A DNA stretch of 63,008 bases, the filler included, from Octopus bimaculoides (Eukaryota), in assembly GCF_001194135.2 (NCBI RefSeq). It is 5 parts of 5 records of this genome, joined end to end, with 100 filler letters (N's around TTAATTAATTAA, not from the genome) between each part and the next. Parts side by side here need not be neighbours in the genome. Positions count along the whole stretch, not along the records: positions 1 to 15,553 come from NC_068983.1; positions 15,654 to 34,771 come from NC_068982.1; 3 more parts are not named here. One strand, written 5' to 3'. Positions 12,953 through 26,050 of the stretch are shown here, piece by piece. The translations under genes were made by a program, and so were the position numbers. The notes beneath the pieces are model-generated. The model did not search any database. It had not been told where the DNA came from and was given only the letters and a program-made list of their open reading frames with translations. The first letter of the stretch is position 1. Each line of letters opens with the position of its first letter.

Positions 12953-12955
12953 CTT
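12712..12955. repeat. compound (GCT)(CCT)(ACT)(ACC) repeat with a duplicated AACTCCATC-(ACC)n-(ACT)n unit
   Basis: AACTCCATC spacer occurs twice (~12801, ~12867). Confidence 0.9.
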
Positions 12956-13286
12956 TACTGGTTAGTGGCGCAGTTTACCACCTAAGTAAGGGGCAGAGAT
13001 ATCACTAGACACCTTAAACCATTGTAACACATCTTTTGGTATATCGTCTTTTGAAAATATACACACGTTCAAAATGGTTGCCTTAAAAATGTGAGGATTA
13101 TGCGCTCTCCACAAATCTGGGATCAAATAAAGAGGAAACGTGTACAGGATTAGAAGCATACAAACATTTCTACAATAGAAGATACAAGACAAAAAAAGGA
13201 ATTATATTAGAAAAGTTCATTTGAATGCAATGGAAACAGAAACTTGCAACAATAAGCAACATTTCATCACTTAATATTGTATGCCA

Positions 13287-13660
13287 AAGCGGCGAGCTGG
13301 CAGAAACGTTTGCGCGCCGGGCGAAATGCTTAGCGGTATTTCGTCTACACGGTGTCCAGAAGGTCTGGGTACATGGAGTAAATAGAATCATAACATAAAC
13401 AATTAAATATGAGGAATNNNNNNNNNNAAACAATTAAATATGAGGAATAATAATTTCCTAAAGTATGTGTTAACCCCCATATACCCAGACTTTGTGGACA
13501 CCCTGTACCGTTACTTTATCATTTCAAATTTCGCCGAGGTCGACTGTGCCTTTCATCCTTTCGAGGTCGATAAATTAAGTACCAGTTGCGTACTGAGGTG
13601 GATGTAATCGAATGACCCCCTCCCCAAAAATTTAGGGCCTTGTGCCAAGAGTAGTAAAGA
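13287..13660 (+). mobile_element. SINE family 2, interrupted by a MITE
   Basis: GCGGCGAGCTGGCAGAAACG...GGTATTTCGTC, then resumes after 13507 with TTCAAATTTCGCCGAGGTCGAC...GTACCAGTTG. Confidence 0.85.
13348..13505. mobile_element. Tc1/mariner-type MITE (TA TSD)
   Basis: TA|CACGGTGTCCAGAAGGTCTGGGTACATGG ... CCATATACCCAGACTTTGTGGACACCCTG|TA; 29-bp TIR with 4 mismatches. Confidence 0.85.
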
Positions 13661-14605
13661 ATATTGTGAGACAAAAGACGTGAGTACGAGGTGCATCACA
13701 ACACATAGTGGTTCTTTTCCAACAAATTTATCCAGAAAATGGCGAGAAAATAAAAAAGTGTAGTGCTTCCATTTTCCCCAGAGAGATGGATTAGTAGAAG
13801 CCTGGGCCAAATGTATATGGTTGACTACTTTTGATATGGATCACAACGTGAGGAGATAACAGCATTTCTACCCGCGGGATAGTACTACAGTATGCATATC
13901 TCACAGACAAAAAAACCACGGTCAGAAATATAGTCACTGACGTCGACTATTTCGCTTCTTGTTGTAAATAGTGAGAGCTATGACAACCGAAGCCGAAGAG
14001 TGGAGTATGCTTTTAGTCTTTACATCAACGTTTTAATAACCCCGAAACCACAAAACCATTTCGGAAATCTGGTACTGTAGTAGAGGAAAAAAATTGTTAG
14101 TCAATCCAGAAAGGCGAATAGCTAGACGTTTGAATGTCTTCTGCTCAAAAGAACAGGAAGATAGATACAAAGATAGTGACGGATAGCTTTTGATTCAGGA
14201 AAAATAATAACATAACGCTACAGACTTGGGAAAAATGATTCTTGCTACCTGTGCTTCACAACCATAAAACTCACAGGTCTATGGAATGTTAAAGTGGGAA
14301 GTAAATGAAATTCCATCATCCGTCATATACAAATATAATTTTAAAAAAACATCTTGTGGCTAGCAGTAAAATCATTATTCAATCGCCTTGTGGTGGTGAG
14401 GAGCAGAAGGAAGAGAAGCAGATTAAGGAAAGATGGTAAATTGGTAAAACAAAAAAACTGAGGAGTGTGAGTGCTAACAAAATAGAAATAGAGACAGGAG
14501 ATTCTTCACGAAGTGCCCCCCATTCTGAATTTATATCGTGATCTAAAAATACATTATTGGAGTATTCAATCCAATACAGACCACTTCAGACTCTAATATA
14601 ACACG

Positions 14606-14830
14606 TAGTGGAGTGAGAGGTTTAGTGGATAAGATGTCCGGCTCATAAACGTAAGAGTGTGGTTTCGATTCCTGGACCTGGCGACGCGTTGTTCTTCAAC
14701 AAAACATTTCATTTTACGTTGGTACAATACACTCATTTGACAAAAATGAGTGATCCTGTAACAGACTGGTATCCTGTCCTAGTCGGGAATTTATACGCCA
14801 TGAAACCGGTAAACCGGCCGTTAAGAGTCG
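14606..14830 (+). mobile_element. tRNA-headed SINE (family 4)
   Basis: tRNA-like head GGTTTAGTGGATAAG ... GGTTTCGATTCCTGG followed by a non-tRNA body. Confidence 0.55.
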
Positions 14831-15291
14831 GTATGATACGAGAAGGTAACTTACCTTTTTTTTTAGCCTAAAGTAACACGCTGCAAATAATATATCAATT
14901 GAGGAAGATGTGAGAAATAATTATTGGGTGAACTTAGTTGATAGACAATTAATTAAAACTATGTCAGCAGTCTATTTGCGAATGACAAATCAGGCCCCAG
15001 ATGTTCTGGGAAAATTGCCAGACCAAAATATACATATATTATTTTCAGCAATGCTGTTTACGAAACGTAATTAGAACAGAGGATTTTAGAGCCTTGAAGA
15101 ACTCTAATCAGACGAAGAAAACATTTCTTTACTCACGCTCTTTCTTTATGTGCATACGTATGTATTGCTCCTATGAATTTGTACTTCTTTCACCCAAGTG
15201 CTTTTTTTTTTCAATCCACCTAGTATGAATTTGTATGCTATATATGGGTAAAGCTGTAGTTGTGAAGATTATTATTATTATTATTATTATT

Positions 15292-15553
15292 CAGTAGTTT
15301 TATTTTTATAACGTGCTTTCACTTCACTACCGAGCGCAGCTCTGTGCGCCTTGGGTATGTGCTGTGGTTTGCTGTGGTGCTCTTATGTTTACTGTATTGA
15401 AAGTGTTTTGCGTAGAATGTGTGCAGTACCCAGTAGTGCAATTTTCTGTATGTTATATATATTTGTAAGTCCTGGTGTTTTTGTTATGTATTTATCTGAA
15501 TATTTTTTTATTATACCTAAGGCACCTACTATGATAGGAATTGTTTCTGTTTT
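15292..15553 (-). mobile_element. 3' end of R4/Dong-like RLE LINE with (AAT)n tail or target
   Basis: intact frame KTETIPIIVGALGIIKKYSDKYITKTPGLTNIYNIQKIALLGTAHILRKTLSIQ*, then a short 3'UTR ending ACTACTG|AATAATAAT. Confidence 0.8.
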
Positions 15554-15597
15554 NNNNNNNNNNNNNNNNNNNNNNNNNNNNNNNNNNNNNNNNNNNN

Positions 15598-15609
15598 TTA
15601 ATTAATTAA
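15598..15609. other. assembly linker TTAATTAATTAA between two 44-N runs
   Basis: identical 44N-12-44N (100 nt) structure at 34816, 51300 and 60959. Confidence 0.95.
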
Positions 15610-15653
15610 NNNNNNNNNNNNNNNNNNNNNNNNNNNNNNNNNNNNNNNNNNNN

Positions 15654-15712
<59 letters not shown>

Positions 15713-15734
15713 ATATATTTATGCATGTGTGTCT

Positions 15735-15950
15735 TTGTGTCTGTGTTTGCCTCCCTACCATTGCTTGACAACACCAATGTTGGTGTACTTACATCTTTGT
15801 AACTCAGTGGTTTGGCAAAAGACACTGATAAAATAAGTACTAGGCTTACAAATAATAAGTCCTAGGGTTAATTTCTTCAACTGAAACCCTTTGAGGTGGT
15901 GCTCCATCATGGCCACAGTCAAATGACTGAAATATGTAAAAGAATACACA
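15735..15950 (+). mobile_element. SINE family 1, 3' half
   Basis: GTGTTTGCCTCCC..ATTGCTTGACAAC...AAGTACTAGGCTTACAAATAATAAGTCC...GCTCCATCATGGCC. Confidence 0.8.
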
Positions 15951-16639
15951 ACATATAATGCAATGTGATATAAAAAAGATAAACGTAATATTTATTATAT
16001 GTGTTCCTCTTTTTTATATCACATTATATTGCATTACATTATATTATTGTATGTTTTATTTCTGTTATATTTCTTTTATTTTTGTTTTATTTCATATAAT
16101 GTGTATATGCTTACTACATATTTTATATATACTGTTTATGTTCATATATGCACTACTTATATTGATGTTTATTATATTATGTATTTTACAAGAAGCATGA
16201 TTGTAAGAAATGTGTTTAATGAAAAGATAATATATGATGAAAGAAATGTATGAACTATAAAATAAATCGTATATGCTCTATAATGAAAAAAATCCACATG
16301 CATAAAGAGTAAACATATAATATGTATATTTAAATATATAATTATAAATGTAGATATACATGCACTTAAATGTTTCAGATAAAAATGAAATAAGAATTAT
16401 AGATAAAATTAAGTTAATAAAAATTATAGATATAATGAGCCAAAACAAAGACAGAAAACAAAGATAATGGAAAAATTATATGTAAACATAATTATGATGG
16501 TGTGTGATATGTTTTGTGATAAAGTTTATGAGATGATTCTTGTAAAACTTTTATTTGAAGTGCTAGTAATTTTCTTATTTTGTGAAAGTCTTTTTTTCTC
16601 ATTGGTGATTGATCTGTATAGATCTAGTTATATCTCATT

Positions 16640-16870
16640 TATTGTTGGACAGATATAGATCCTCATGTTATCACTTTTAAACCAGTTCAGACGTTTTGTT
16701 TAAATGCACACAATCCTTGCCAGTGTAGATATTAAGTTTTCCTGTTAGGTAGAGTTTGCATCTAGTGGACCTGTTGGTATCATGGCTTTTTTCAATATCT
16801 GACCAGTTTATCATGTACTGTGCATCATCTACTTTTGTTAGAATCGTTTGGAAGCCCTGTAGAATATTAT
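16640..16870 (-). mobile_element. Penelope-like element relic (GIY-YIG C-terminus)
   Basis: INWSDIEKSHDTNRSTRCKLYLTGKLNIYTGKDCVHLNKTSELV resembles the PLE end motif W.I......RC.LCL.EK.I....LN..SEL. Confidence 0.55.
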
Positions 16871-17519
16871 TGGTATTACAATCAAATTTACATACCTCTT
16901 CCTTCCACTGTATCTGTCTTACAGGTTAACTGGCAATGTCACTAGTCAGATGATACATTAAAGCACTCAGTACACACTGCAAAGTTGACAGCATTAGAAG
17001 TTCATCCAGCCATAAAAAACCATGTCAAAGCTGCCACTGGTGCTTGACACAAACCTGTGGCCCACTGGACCATATCAAACTACCCAACCCATGCCAACAT
17101 GAAAAACAGACGTTAAATGATGATCATGATGATATATATTGTTAAAAGTATATTATATTACTGGCTTTGGTGAAAATGTTACCGATGGTAACATTTGCCT
17201 AGTACATCAAATACACTTGGCAACAATGACAACTCAATTTCAGAAAACCGGCCAGCAACTGACCATCTATCAATATGGTGGACACATAAACCAGATTAAC
17301 AACATACTCTCCAGAAAGGGTGATAGACAGTTGATTTGTATGCGAAGTCCTTCTCTAGTGAATAATATGTACAACCCAACATAGATTAGTGCTTAGTGAC
17401 TTTAGTCTTAGAGCTAGAAGGACTCAGCCTGTCTTGAAACAAACTTGTCTTGAAAAAGTTTTCAGCGTAAACATCTCTAAAGAAAACAGAAGTGATAAAT
17501 TAAGGTGTTGAGTATTCCT

Positions 17520-18260
17520 CTACCATTACTACCAACAACTGTGATCAATCTGGAGATAGTCCATGAGTTCACTTACTTGGCCGTATAGTCCATGAGTTCA
17601 CTTACTTGGCTGTATCATCATGGGCAACTCCTCCCTAGAGTCTGAGATTAACAGACGTTGGTAGAGCAGTCTCAGTGCTAACCAGGCTTACAATAAGTAT
17701 CTGGGGGAACAGTAAGCATACCAAAATGGCAGTCTATAAAACTTGCAATGAGATCTAGNNNNNNNNNNTACCAAAATGGCAGTCTATAAAACTTGCAATG
17801 AGATCTAGAGCATCTACTCTACACAAGAGCAGTATCTCATCACCTTCTATCTATGCAGCCAAGTATTGGATTCTGGAAGTCAAGTGGACTGACCAAGTTA
17901 CCAAAAATGATGTCCTGAATCGTGCTAAGACACCCAGTCTCCTGGTTGGTCCATATACACTGCATGTCAGATGGGAGGATCATGTAAGGCCTGCTGTATA
18001 GAGAATTGCCCATTAGCAAGTGAACACAAGAACAATCCCCATCTACATTTCAATAATTGCTTGAGACTTGTGAAGCCTGTTTACATGATCATTAAAAGGT
18101 TGGAGAATATTACAGGTGATTGATCTTGTAGGAGATGGGAATGAGATAAAAATTCAAAAAGATTAGAGGAGTGGCTGGTGTTGTGGATGATGAAAAGCAA
18201 AACAGCAGAGAAACAGCACCATGACTTGATTGGAAGACAGCGCCTTCAAATGCAGTCTCA
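17520..18260 (+). mobile_element. RTE-clade LINE relic (RT C-terminal part)
   Basis: LEIVHEFTYLG..GNSSLESEINRR...TKMAVYKTC...ILEVKWTDQVTKNDVLNRAKTPSL...LYRELPISK; frameshifted. Confidence 0.8.
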
Positions 18261-18371
18261 AGAGCTGAGTTTTTCAACTGGCATTTACATATAGGTTTCT
18301 ATAGTCACAGCAACAAGATTAAATGAAGAGTTTTCAGGCACAAATCCATAGTCTCACAATACTAACTGCAC

Positions 18372-18540
18372 ATATGGCTGTGTGGTTAAGAAGTTTCTCT
18401 GCAAGCACATATCAGTTCAATCCCATTGTGTGCCACCTTAGGCAAGTTTCTTCTATACGTTGGCCCTGAGCCAACCAATGGTACCTTGTGAATTTGACTG
18501 ATAGAAACTGTAAAAGAAGCTGTACATACATACATATGTG
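18372..18540 (+). mobile_element. SINE family 1 head (CpG-decayed)
   Basis: ATGGCTGTGTGGTTAAGAAG...CAGTTCAATCCCATTGTGTGCCACC...GAAACTGTAAAAGAAGC. Confidence 0.75.
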
Positions 18541-18766
18541 TGTGTGTGAGTGAGCGAGAGAGAGAGAGTGTGTGTGTGTGTGTGTGTGTATGCATGCTTG
18601 TATGTATGTTTTCTCTTTCTTTTTTTAATTTAGAGTAAATTTTGACCAGCCCCTGACTTGATTTAACCGTCAACTTTTAAATCATAAGGTCTTGCTGATT
18701 TTTATAGTCCCAGGTATTGAGATTATTTGTCGCTTATGAATTAAGGATTTGCATTTTCTTCCCTAG

Positions 18767-18833
18767 ATTCCAAGTTCAGTCATACTTTACTCCAGATGGG
18801 TTGGCATGTATCCTGTTACTCTAATAATAATAG
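18767..18833 (+). CDS. candidate coding exon of unidentified gene (phase 1 to 2: SKFSHTLLQMGWHVSCYSNNN)
   Basis: acceptor TTTGCATTTTCTTCCCTAG and donor AATAG|GTATGA; phase fits the 21402 exon. An alternative frame FQVQSYFTPDG, using an internal GG|GTTGGC donor, also joins. Confidence 0.3.
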
Positions 18834-19244
18834 GTATGAAACTGAAAGTGTATCTTGGGTACTGGATTTACAAACTCCTATGCATGCATGCATCTATGTA
18901 TGTATGTATGTATGTATGTATGTATGTATGTATGGATGGATGGATGGATAGATGCATGCATGCGTGATGTGCATGTTCATGTGTTTTTATATGTATTTAT
19001 ATGTCTCCCTTTCTTATTGATTATAAAAAAACAGTTACTATTCATAGAAAATAATGAAATTTGTCATGAAGTCCTGTCCAGCCATTGAGTTTTCATATTT
19101 AATGAACTAAATAACCGTTACTTAGCTTGGAAGCAGTTGAAGATTGGTGACCAGAAGAACATCTGGCCATAAAATATTTGACTTGACAAATTTTATCTGA
19201 TCCATGCCAGCATGAAAATGTATATATTAAAAACAATGATGATT

Positions 19245-19374
<130 letters not shown>

Positions 19375-20020
19375 GGATAATTTACATTTTATATGCATAG
19401 TAAATTTACTCTAACCAAAATATTCAATTAGCCTGCAAAGTTGTTTTGCAAGTACAAATATTTGCAAGCATAACTAACAATAAAACACTTGAAAGAACTT
19501 CTCATTATCTTCTATGCCATCTTGAGCACATATTATTGCTGTATTTTTATTAGATTGTTGGACGTTTTACATCAAAGAAAGAAAAGAAAAGAGAACTATC
19601 AAATTATTTGATTAAAATTAAATGGAGGAAATATTGGCCTACTCAACCAATTTCCTAACTCATCTTTTAGCTGTTACTTAACTTATTTACCTCAAGTATA
19701 GTTTAACATAACCATTTTCAAGACACATGATTTTATTCCCTCATGTGATCTGAAATATTAATTTACAATAAAGACACATTTAGAATAACAGCATAAACAA
19801 AGATTCACTCCTTTTCTTAAAAGCTCTTGTTTAAATAACCAAGTTGATAGAAGGTATTATTTGAAGACTAGGAAGTATTAGTCTGGTAAATAAAGAAATT
19901 CTCTGTAAGTCATGCCCTGAATAAAAGAAAATATATGAATGTAAATAAACAGCTAAAGAATTATTTGTAGTTTTATTACATAAAATTATTATTACTTTTT
20001 TTGATATATCTATAGGCAGA

Positions 20021-20290
20021 AGCATGGCTGTGTGGTTAAGAAGCTTGCTTCCCAAACCTATGGTCTTGGTCTCGGGTTCAGTCCCACTGCATGGTACTCT
20101 GGGCAAATGTCTTCTGCTATAGCCCCAGGCTGACCAAAACCTTGTGAATGGATTTGGCAGTTGGAAACTGAAAGACGCCCATCATGTGTGTGTGTCTTTG
20201 TGTCTGTGCTGTGTTTGTCCCCCACTGCACCTGGCATTAGTTTGTTTATGTCACCATAACTTAGCAGTACCCCAGTAAGGTTGCAGTCCA
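20021..20290 (+). mobile_element. SINE family 1 (CpG-decayed)
   Basis: ATAGGCAGAAGCATGGCTGTGTGGTTAAG...GGTTCAGTCCCACTGCATGG...GAAACTGAAAGAC. Confidence 0.85.
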
Positions 20291-21401
20291 ATGATAGAAA
20301 TATATAAAAGAAAAGCAGATAAAGTTAAAAGATATTCCATTTTATTATTATTAAGATATTAAAGTTAGCAAGCAGGCAAAATCGTTAGCACGTAGAACAA
20401 ATTGCTTACTGGCAATTGGGTAGATATCTTAATTATTCATTGAAACTGTTATGAGGAAGTTATAAATCTTCTGGGAGTTTAATAAGCTGCAAAGGTTTTA
20501 ATATTTTAATATGAAACATTGAAGAAAACAATTGTGTATAGATTACTTTGCTTTCACTTTTGCATGCTTTTCATAATCTTAGGGGTTGTGTGACCATATT
20601 TGTGTTTTCCTTTAATACAAAGGAATAAACCATCACATATTGGTTTCCAGTCAAGTCAAATACCTCTCACTTCCATCTCTTCTCTTCCTTTCTCTTTCCT
20701 CTTTCCTTCCCATTCCCTCTCCCCTCCTTCCCTTTCTCCTTGTCTCTCCCTCCCTCCTCCATCTTCCTCTTCTTTCTCCCTCCTTTGTGGATGGCTTTTG
20801 TATGTATGTGCATGTGTGTGTATGTGTGCATGTGTGTACACACACACACACACACATATATATACTAAGTGATTGGCATTAGGAAAGGCATCTAGCCAAC
20901 TCCATGTCAGACCGTCCAAACCCATGCTAACATGGAAAGCAGACATTAAGTGATGATGATGATATATTTGTGTGTGTGTGTGTGCTTGTGTGTTTTGTGT
21001 TTATCTCCTCCACTGCTTGAGAACTGTGGTTGATTTGTTCAACTAAACCATTCAAAATGATACCCCAGCATAGCTGCAGTGCAATGACTGAGACAAGTAA
21101 GATGGAAAGATGATATTGATAATGAAAGCAAGAATCACCATAAAAGTTCCCTACCAACATTTTGTAAGACAATTGGAGGCCAATTAATGTCATAAGTCTG
21201 CATAAAAATAAGTATACTAATTTTAAATGTTTTAAATATCAAGTTTTAATTATTTCTGGATCTTGAAATATGTAACAATATTATTTTTATTTCTTTTACA
21301 TTTTTCAACTACTGATGAATTTTTTTTCGGTTTAATTTGAGTACAAATGATTTATATTCTTTTTATTATTTCTTATTTGTTGTTGTTTATTCTTTTTGCA
21401 G

Positions 21402-21456
21402 TCGTATTCTTACAGATCAAATGTTACCAGTTCAAAAATTGAATTTTCATTTTCAA
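21402..21456 (+). CDS. candidate coding exon (phase 2 to 0: RILTDQMLPVQKLNFHFQ)
   Basis: long pyrimidine tract TTGTTTATTCTTTTTGCAG, open frame, donor CAA|GTAGAT (moderate); its single CpG falls in an Arg codon. Confidence 0.4.
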
Positions 21457-22858
21457 GTAGATTATATTATTCTATTTTTGGTGTCAACTTAGGAAGCTAA
21501 CTTTTGAATTCTGAATGAATAGTAACAAAAGAATTAATTTTGAACTTTTTTTCAATTGATTGAAATATTTTGTCTTGAAATGTATTGAAATACTCTCTCT
21601 GCTTGCCTCTCTCTCTCTCTCTCCCTTTTATACACATATCACTTCCACATTCATCTGTGAGTATATTTCTTCTACATTATTTCTATATATGCATTTATAT
21701 ATTCTTTTTTTCATTCCTCACTTTTTAATTACTTTTGATAATTTAGTTTTCTTATTTATATTTTTTTAAGCTCTCAGGCAAGAACCATAATCCATTACCA
21801 GATCTTCTCACTTATTTCATTTCTTCCTCTCATTGTTTATTACCTCAATTTTTTTTTTGTATTTCTAAAATATTTTTTCTTCAATTTCCTCACCATTTGT
21901 TTCTAACCATTTTTATTTTTCTCTCATTATTTCTAAAGTTTCCCAGAATATTCTGAGATTACTTTTTGCTCTTCTTTGCACTTTACCACATCTCTTTACT
22001 AATTCTCCATTATTTCCTTTTCCTTGTTTTCTGCACACTTCCTTCTACAAAGTTCATAATTAAAAGTCACTTTTTTTTTATCACACAAAATCCAGTGCAG
22101 CTGATCAAGAGATAATAAATATTTACACAAGTCTGTTCAACTTCATCAAATCAGATCCTTCCCTTTAACTTTCTATCTGTCAATCTCTCTATCTACATGT
22201 GGAAATACTTCATATAAATGTCTCATATAAGTCATTATTCATCCAATTTGAATAGTGCAAAATAGTCTGAACACAGTCAGATGTTGTAGTGAATGACTGG
22301 TAGAGTGGAAATGGCATGAGACCGGGGAGTCATGGCCGAGTCTGATGTCTCAGAGATGCTCTGCGAACCAATTAGCCAAGCAGCATCCCATTTGACCAAT
22401 GTGCAGGGAAGGGAAGAAAGAGCAAGAGATGCAGTAAATGATGTTACTGGAAGTGCAGGTAAAGGAGTTGGTGATGTGTTAGGGATAATGATGGGTGCCT
22501 GTGGGGACGATTGTGTTGGAGAGGTAGGGGCAAGTACAGCAGCATGAGTGGGAGCAGGAGAACGAGTCAGGCTGTGAGGTGGGGTTAGGGAAGAAACTGT
22601 GGACACAACTTGTAACATGCACAAAAGCTATTTAACTAATCCTCAGGCCTGACTACCTTTGAGTTGTTTATATTGTCATGTGCAATAGTGGACAAAGTGT
22701 ATAACATACAATATTAATTAAACTCTCTTTTTATTATATATTGTTGTTGTTTTTTTTTGTCATCAATACTAGTTGTGTACTTCTTGAAACTTACTAACTT
22801 CCTATACCGGGGGTCTTTCAGATTGCACTACCCTTTAACTCTGTGTGTGTGTGTGTGC

Positions 22859-22897
<39 letters not shown>

Positions 22898-22944
22898 TGT
22901 TACTCCTGCATGGCTAAAACAAGTAAAACAATACAATGAGATTT

Positions 22945-23095
22945 TTCCAGTTTCTATCTATCATATCCATTCACAAGGCTTTGGTTGGCCCAGGACTATA
23001 GTAGGAGACGCTTTCTCAAGGTTCCACAGTAGGACTGAACTCGGAACCATGTGGTTGAGAGGTGAACTTATTGCCATATTGGCCATGCCTGTCAT
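22945..23095 (-). mobile_element. SINE family 1 head
   Basis: reverse complement of the head: CCACATGGTTCCGAGTTCAGTCC...CTACTATAGTCCTGGGCCAACCAAAGCCTTGTGAATGG. Confidence 0.75.
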
Positions 23096-23809
23096 AATTC
23101 TATATTGTGTTAAACATACTGGTTTATTAAGATATGCTTATTTTGATTTGTTTGAAACAGATAAGAAACGTTTTGGAGATAAGACATGTTTTGTTTCATT
23201 GAGCTAATACTTATATTTAAATTATCTAACTGGCTCAAGGCTACAAATGTTTTAGCAGAAGGAATAGACAGTTACATAGGCCACAACATATTACTTGTAT
23301 GTAAATAATTTATCCAAGTGGAACAAGGTTGCAAATGCCTCAGTAGAGGAAACAATCAGTTAAACTGACCTCAGTATATTACTGGTATGTATTTTAACAA
23401 ACCAGGATAAGTGGGTGAGGGTGGCCAGTGATTCACATGAGTTAGTGGGAGAGTAGGAAATGACTGACAGTGCAGAAAGAGGTGTGGTGAAAAGTAGTAG
23501 GATAATAACGGCACAGTTAATAGGAGAAGGATGACTGAGATCGGGAGATGGAAATGACATGCAGTTGAGGGTGATCAATGTAAAAAATGGGTGGAGAGGA
23601 CAATATTATAAAAGAAGAATGGATAACAAGTGAAATATTTCTAGTGATGAAAAAGATGAGTGGTATCAGGGAAAAGCTGGTGAAGTATGCATTTCTGCTC
23701 ACATTTAACTAGAGCAGCAGAATACTGTACTTAAAAAGGTGATGGGTAGGAGAAATGTCTTGATGAGGAAATAGAGTGGTGAGTTAGTTGTGTATATATG
23801 TATACATTG

Positions 23810-24745
23810 TGCTTCCAGAATCTCAGTTTTGCTAAGGTGGGTGGATTTTCTCCAGAACCACATATTATCACTTATTCCAGTCCTTTGTCATCTCCAAGAG
23901 GTTCAAGTTCTTGAGATCAGCCTCAACCACTTTGCTCCATGTCTCCCTGGATCTCCTTCTTTTACAAGCTCCATCCACAATAAGTAATCAGCAGTTCTCT
24001 ATACAGTTGTCCTCACATGGCCATACGAGCACAGTTTTCTCACATACACACTACATCTGATTCCTCTCATGCCTAGTTTTTCTCTCTTAATGCATTTGTA
24101 CTTTGTTACTCATGCACTCTTATATTGCACACCCAAAAGAGCATGCTAACTTCATTTCTTTCCAGTCTTTTAGGTCCTCTGCATTCGGGGCCAATGTCTC
24201 AATACCAGGCAACATCACAGTTTTACCACAAGCACCACATAATATGGCTTTCACTCTGGAGGAAAAGACCTTGATTGCCAGCAATGTTAGTCGCTCCCTG
24301 AACTTTCTTTAACTCATTCTTATTCTAGGTACTATACTTTCAGAATAACCATTTTCTCTGCTAAACACAGTTCCTATGTAACAAAAGCTATTGACTACTT
24401 TTTGTGAGCCATCTGGACAATTAAGAGAATCTATGTGCACATTGTCCAGACTGCTCCACTGCATCTGTTACATGTGAAGCTAATCTTCTCTGTTAATCTG
24501 CCTGTGATTCCATTGCTTTTTTTGAGTGTCCATAGCTTATATTGCATATAGCATATATCTACCTTTTTTCTGCATATCAAGTAACACCATCTCTCTGAAG
24601 TTGCCAGGATCCTGTCTTTCCTATTCAGAAAGGTCTTAGTCTTCGATAAGTTTACATCAAGGTTTCTTGATTCCAGGTTTAGCTTCTGTATGTCTGGAAT
24701 TTCCGCTCAAATTCCATGACAGATTCACCTAAGATCATTAGGATA
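23810..24745 (-). mobile_element. RTE-clade LINE relic including 3' end
   Basis: VNLSKTK...VVNSFCYIGTVFSRENGYSESIVPRIR...LERNEVSMLFWVCNI...LREKLGMRGI...YGHVR...RRRSRETWSKVVEADLK; many stops. Confidence 0.75.
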
Positions 24746-24769
24746 TAGAGTTCCCATGGACTGTCAGTT

Positions 24770-24965
24770 TTAAACCCTTTAACATCAGATTACTCTGTCA
24801 AATGTAATGCTTATTTATTCACCTTGTTTTGAATTGATCATGCATTATCTTGTAGCTTTGGGAATTTCGATAAACTGTTTATTTGTTTTTCAGAAAAACT
24901 TTGTTGATTAGGTATGAAAGGCCAAATCCAGCCAGTTTGAACATTAAAGAGGTAGAATATTTGAA
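24770..24965. mobile_element. partial non-autonomous DNA-transposon-like repeat (possibly piggyBac-type terminus)
   Basis: AACCCTTTAACATCAGATTACTCTGTCAAATG terminus recalled as a common octopus repeat; second TIR not seen. Confidence 0.35.
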
Positions 24966-25130
24966 CTAGGTGTCTCTGTTTCCCCTATTGATAAACAGAA
25001 GGAGACTGAAAACTGAACCTTGATGGTCTTCTACTTTCATGTTTACACACACACACACATATGCAGATATGTATACATATAGATTATATATATTTTGCAG
25101 TACAGTACAACATATATAACATTGAATGTT

Positions 25131-25510
25131 GTTGTTGGCACTCCGTCGCTTATGACGTCAAGGGTTCCAGTTGATCCAATCAACGGAACAGCCTGCTTGT
25201 GAAATTAACGTGCAAGTGGCTGAGCACTCCACAGACATGTGTACCCTTAACGTAGTTCTCGGGGATATTCAGCGTGACACAGTGTGACAAGGCTGACCCT
25301 TTGAATTACAGGCACAACAGAAACAGGAAGTAAGAGAGAAAGTTGTGGTGAAAGAGTACAGCAGGGTTCGCCACTATCCCCTGCCGGAGCCTCGTGGAGC
25401 ATTAGGTGTTTTCACTCAATAAACACTCACAACGCCCGGTCTGGGAATCGAAACCGTGATCCTATGACCGCGGGTCCGCTGCCTTGACCACTGGGCCATT
25501 GCACCTCCAC
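25131..25510 (-). mobile_element. SINE family 3, second full copy
   Basis: aligns end to end with 2876-3259; differences are mostly CpG to TpG/CpA. Confidence 0.9.
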
Positions 25511-25851
25511 ATAACATTGAATAAACACAGAGGAAAAAGTTAGTTACATTTTGTCACTTCATGTGGTAATGTCTAACCTGCAGAACAATCAATAAAAATA
25601 AAATCATCTTTATTATTATTTCTTGTTGTTGTTGTAAATATTTTATTTAAACATTCTCAATTTCTTAAAATAAATTTCCTATAAATGTTTTCACACTTAT
25701 TTCCCAATATTCCCTCAAATATTTCATTTTCCTAGTTTTTATAATGGTTTTATTAAAAATTCGGCAATAAATTTATGACTTGAAATTTGTTTTTCTTTTA
25801 ACAAATTAAAATCATATGTACACACACACACATATATATATATGCATGTAT

Positions 25852-25884
<33 letters not shown>

Positions 25885-25997
25885 CACGTGTGTTTTATAA
25901 ACCTTCAAAGAAGAAGCAAATATTAAGTGCAATAAAACTTTTAACTGAAGAGCAAAAACAAACAAACAACAAAAACAATAATAATGATGATGATGAT

Positions 25998-26050
<53 letters not shown>

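Noticed and set aside
13683-13720. Mariner-like terminus TACGAGGTGCATC
   Set aside because: No matching second TIR or transposase found
19547-19650. + strand exon candidate (IVGRFTSKKEKK...)
   Set aside because: Acceptor is acceptable, but there is no donor before the stop, so it does not fit the downstream exon chain
21790-22060. Purine-rich minus-strand coiled-coil exon
   Set aside because: Multiple stops in all frames
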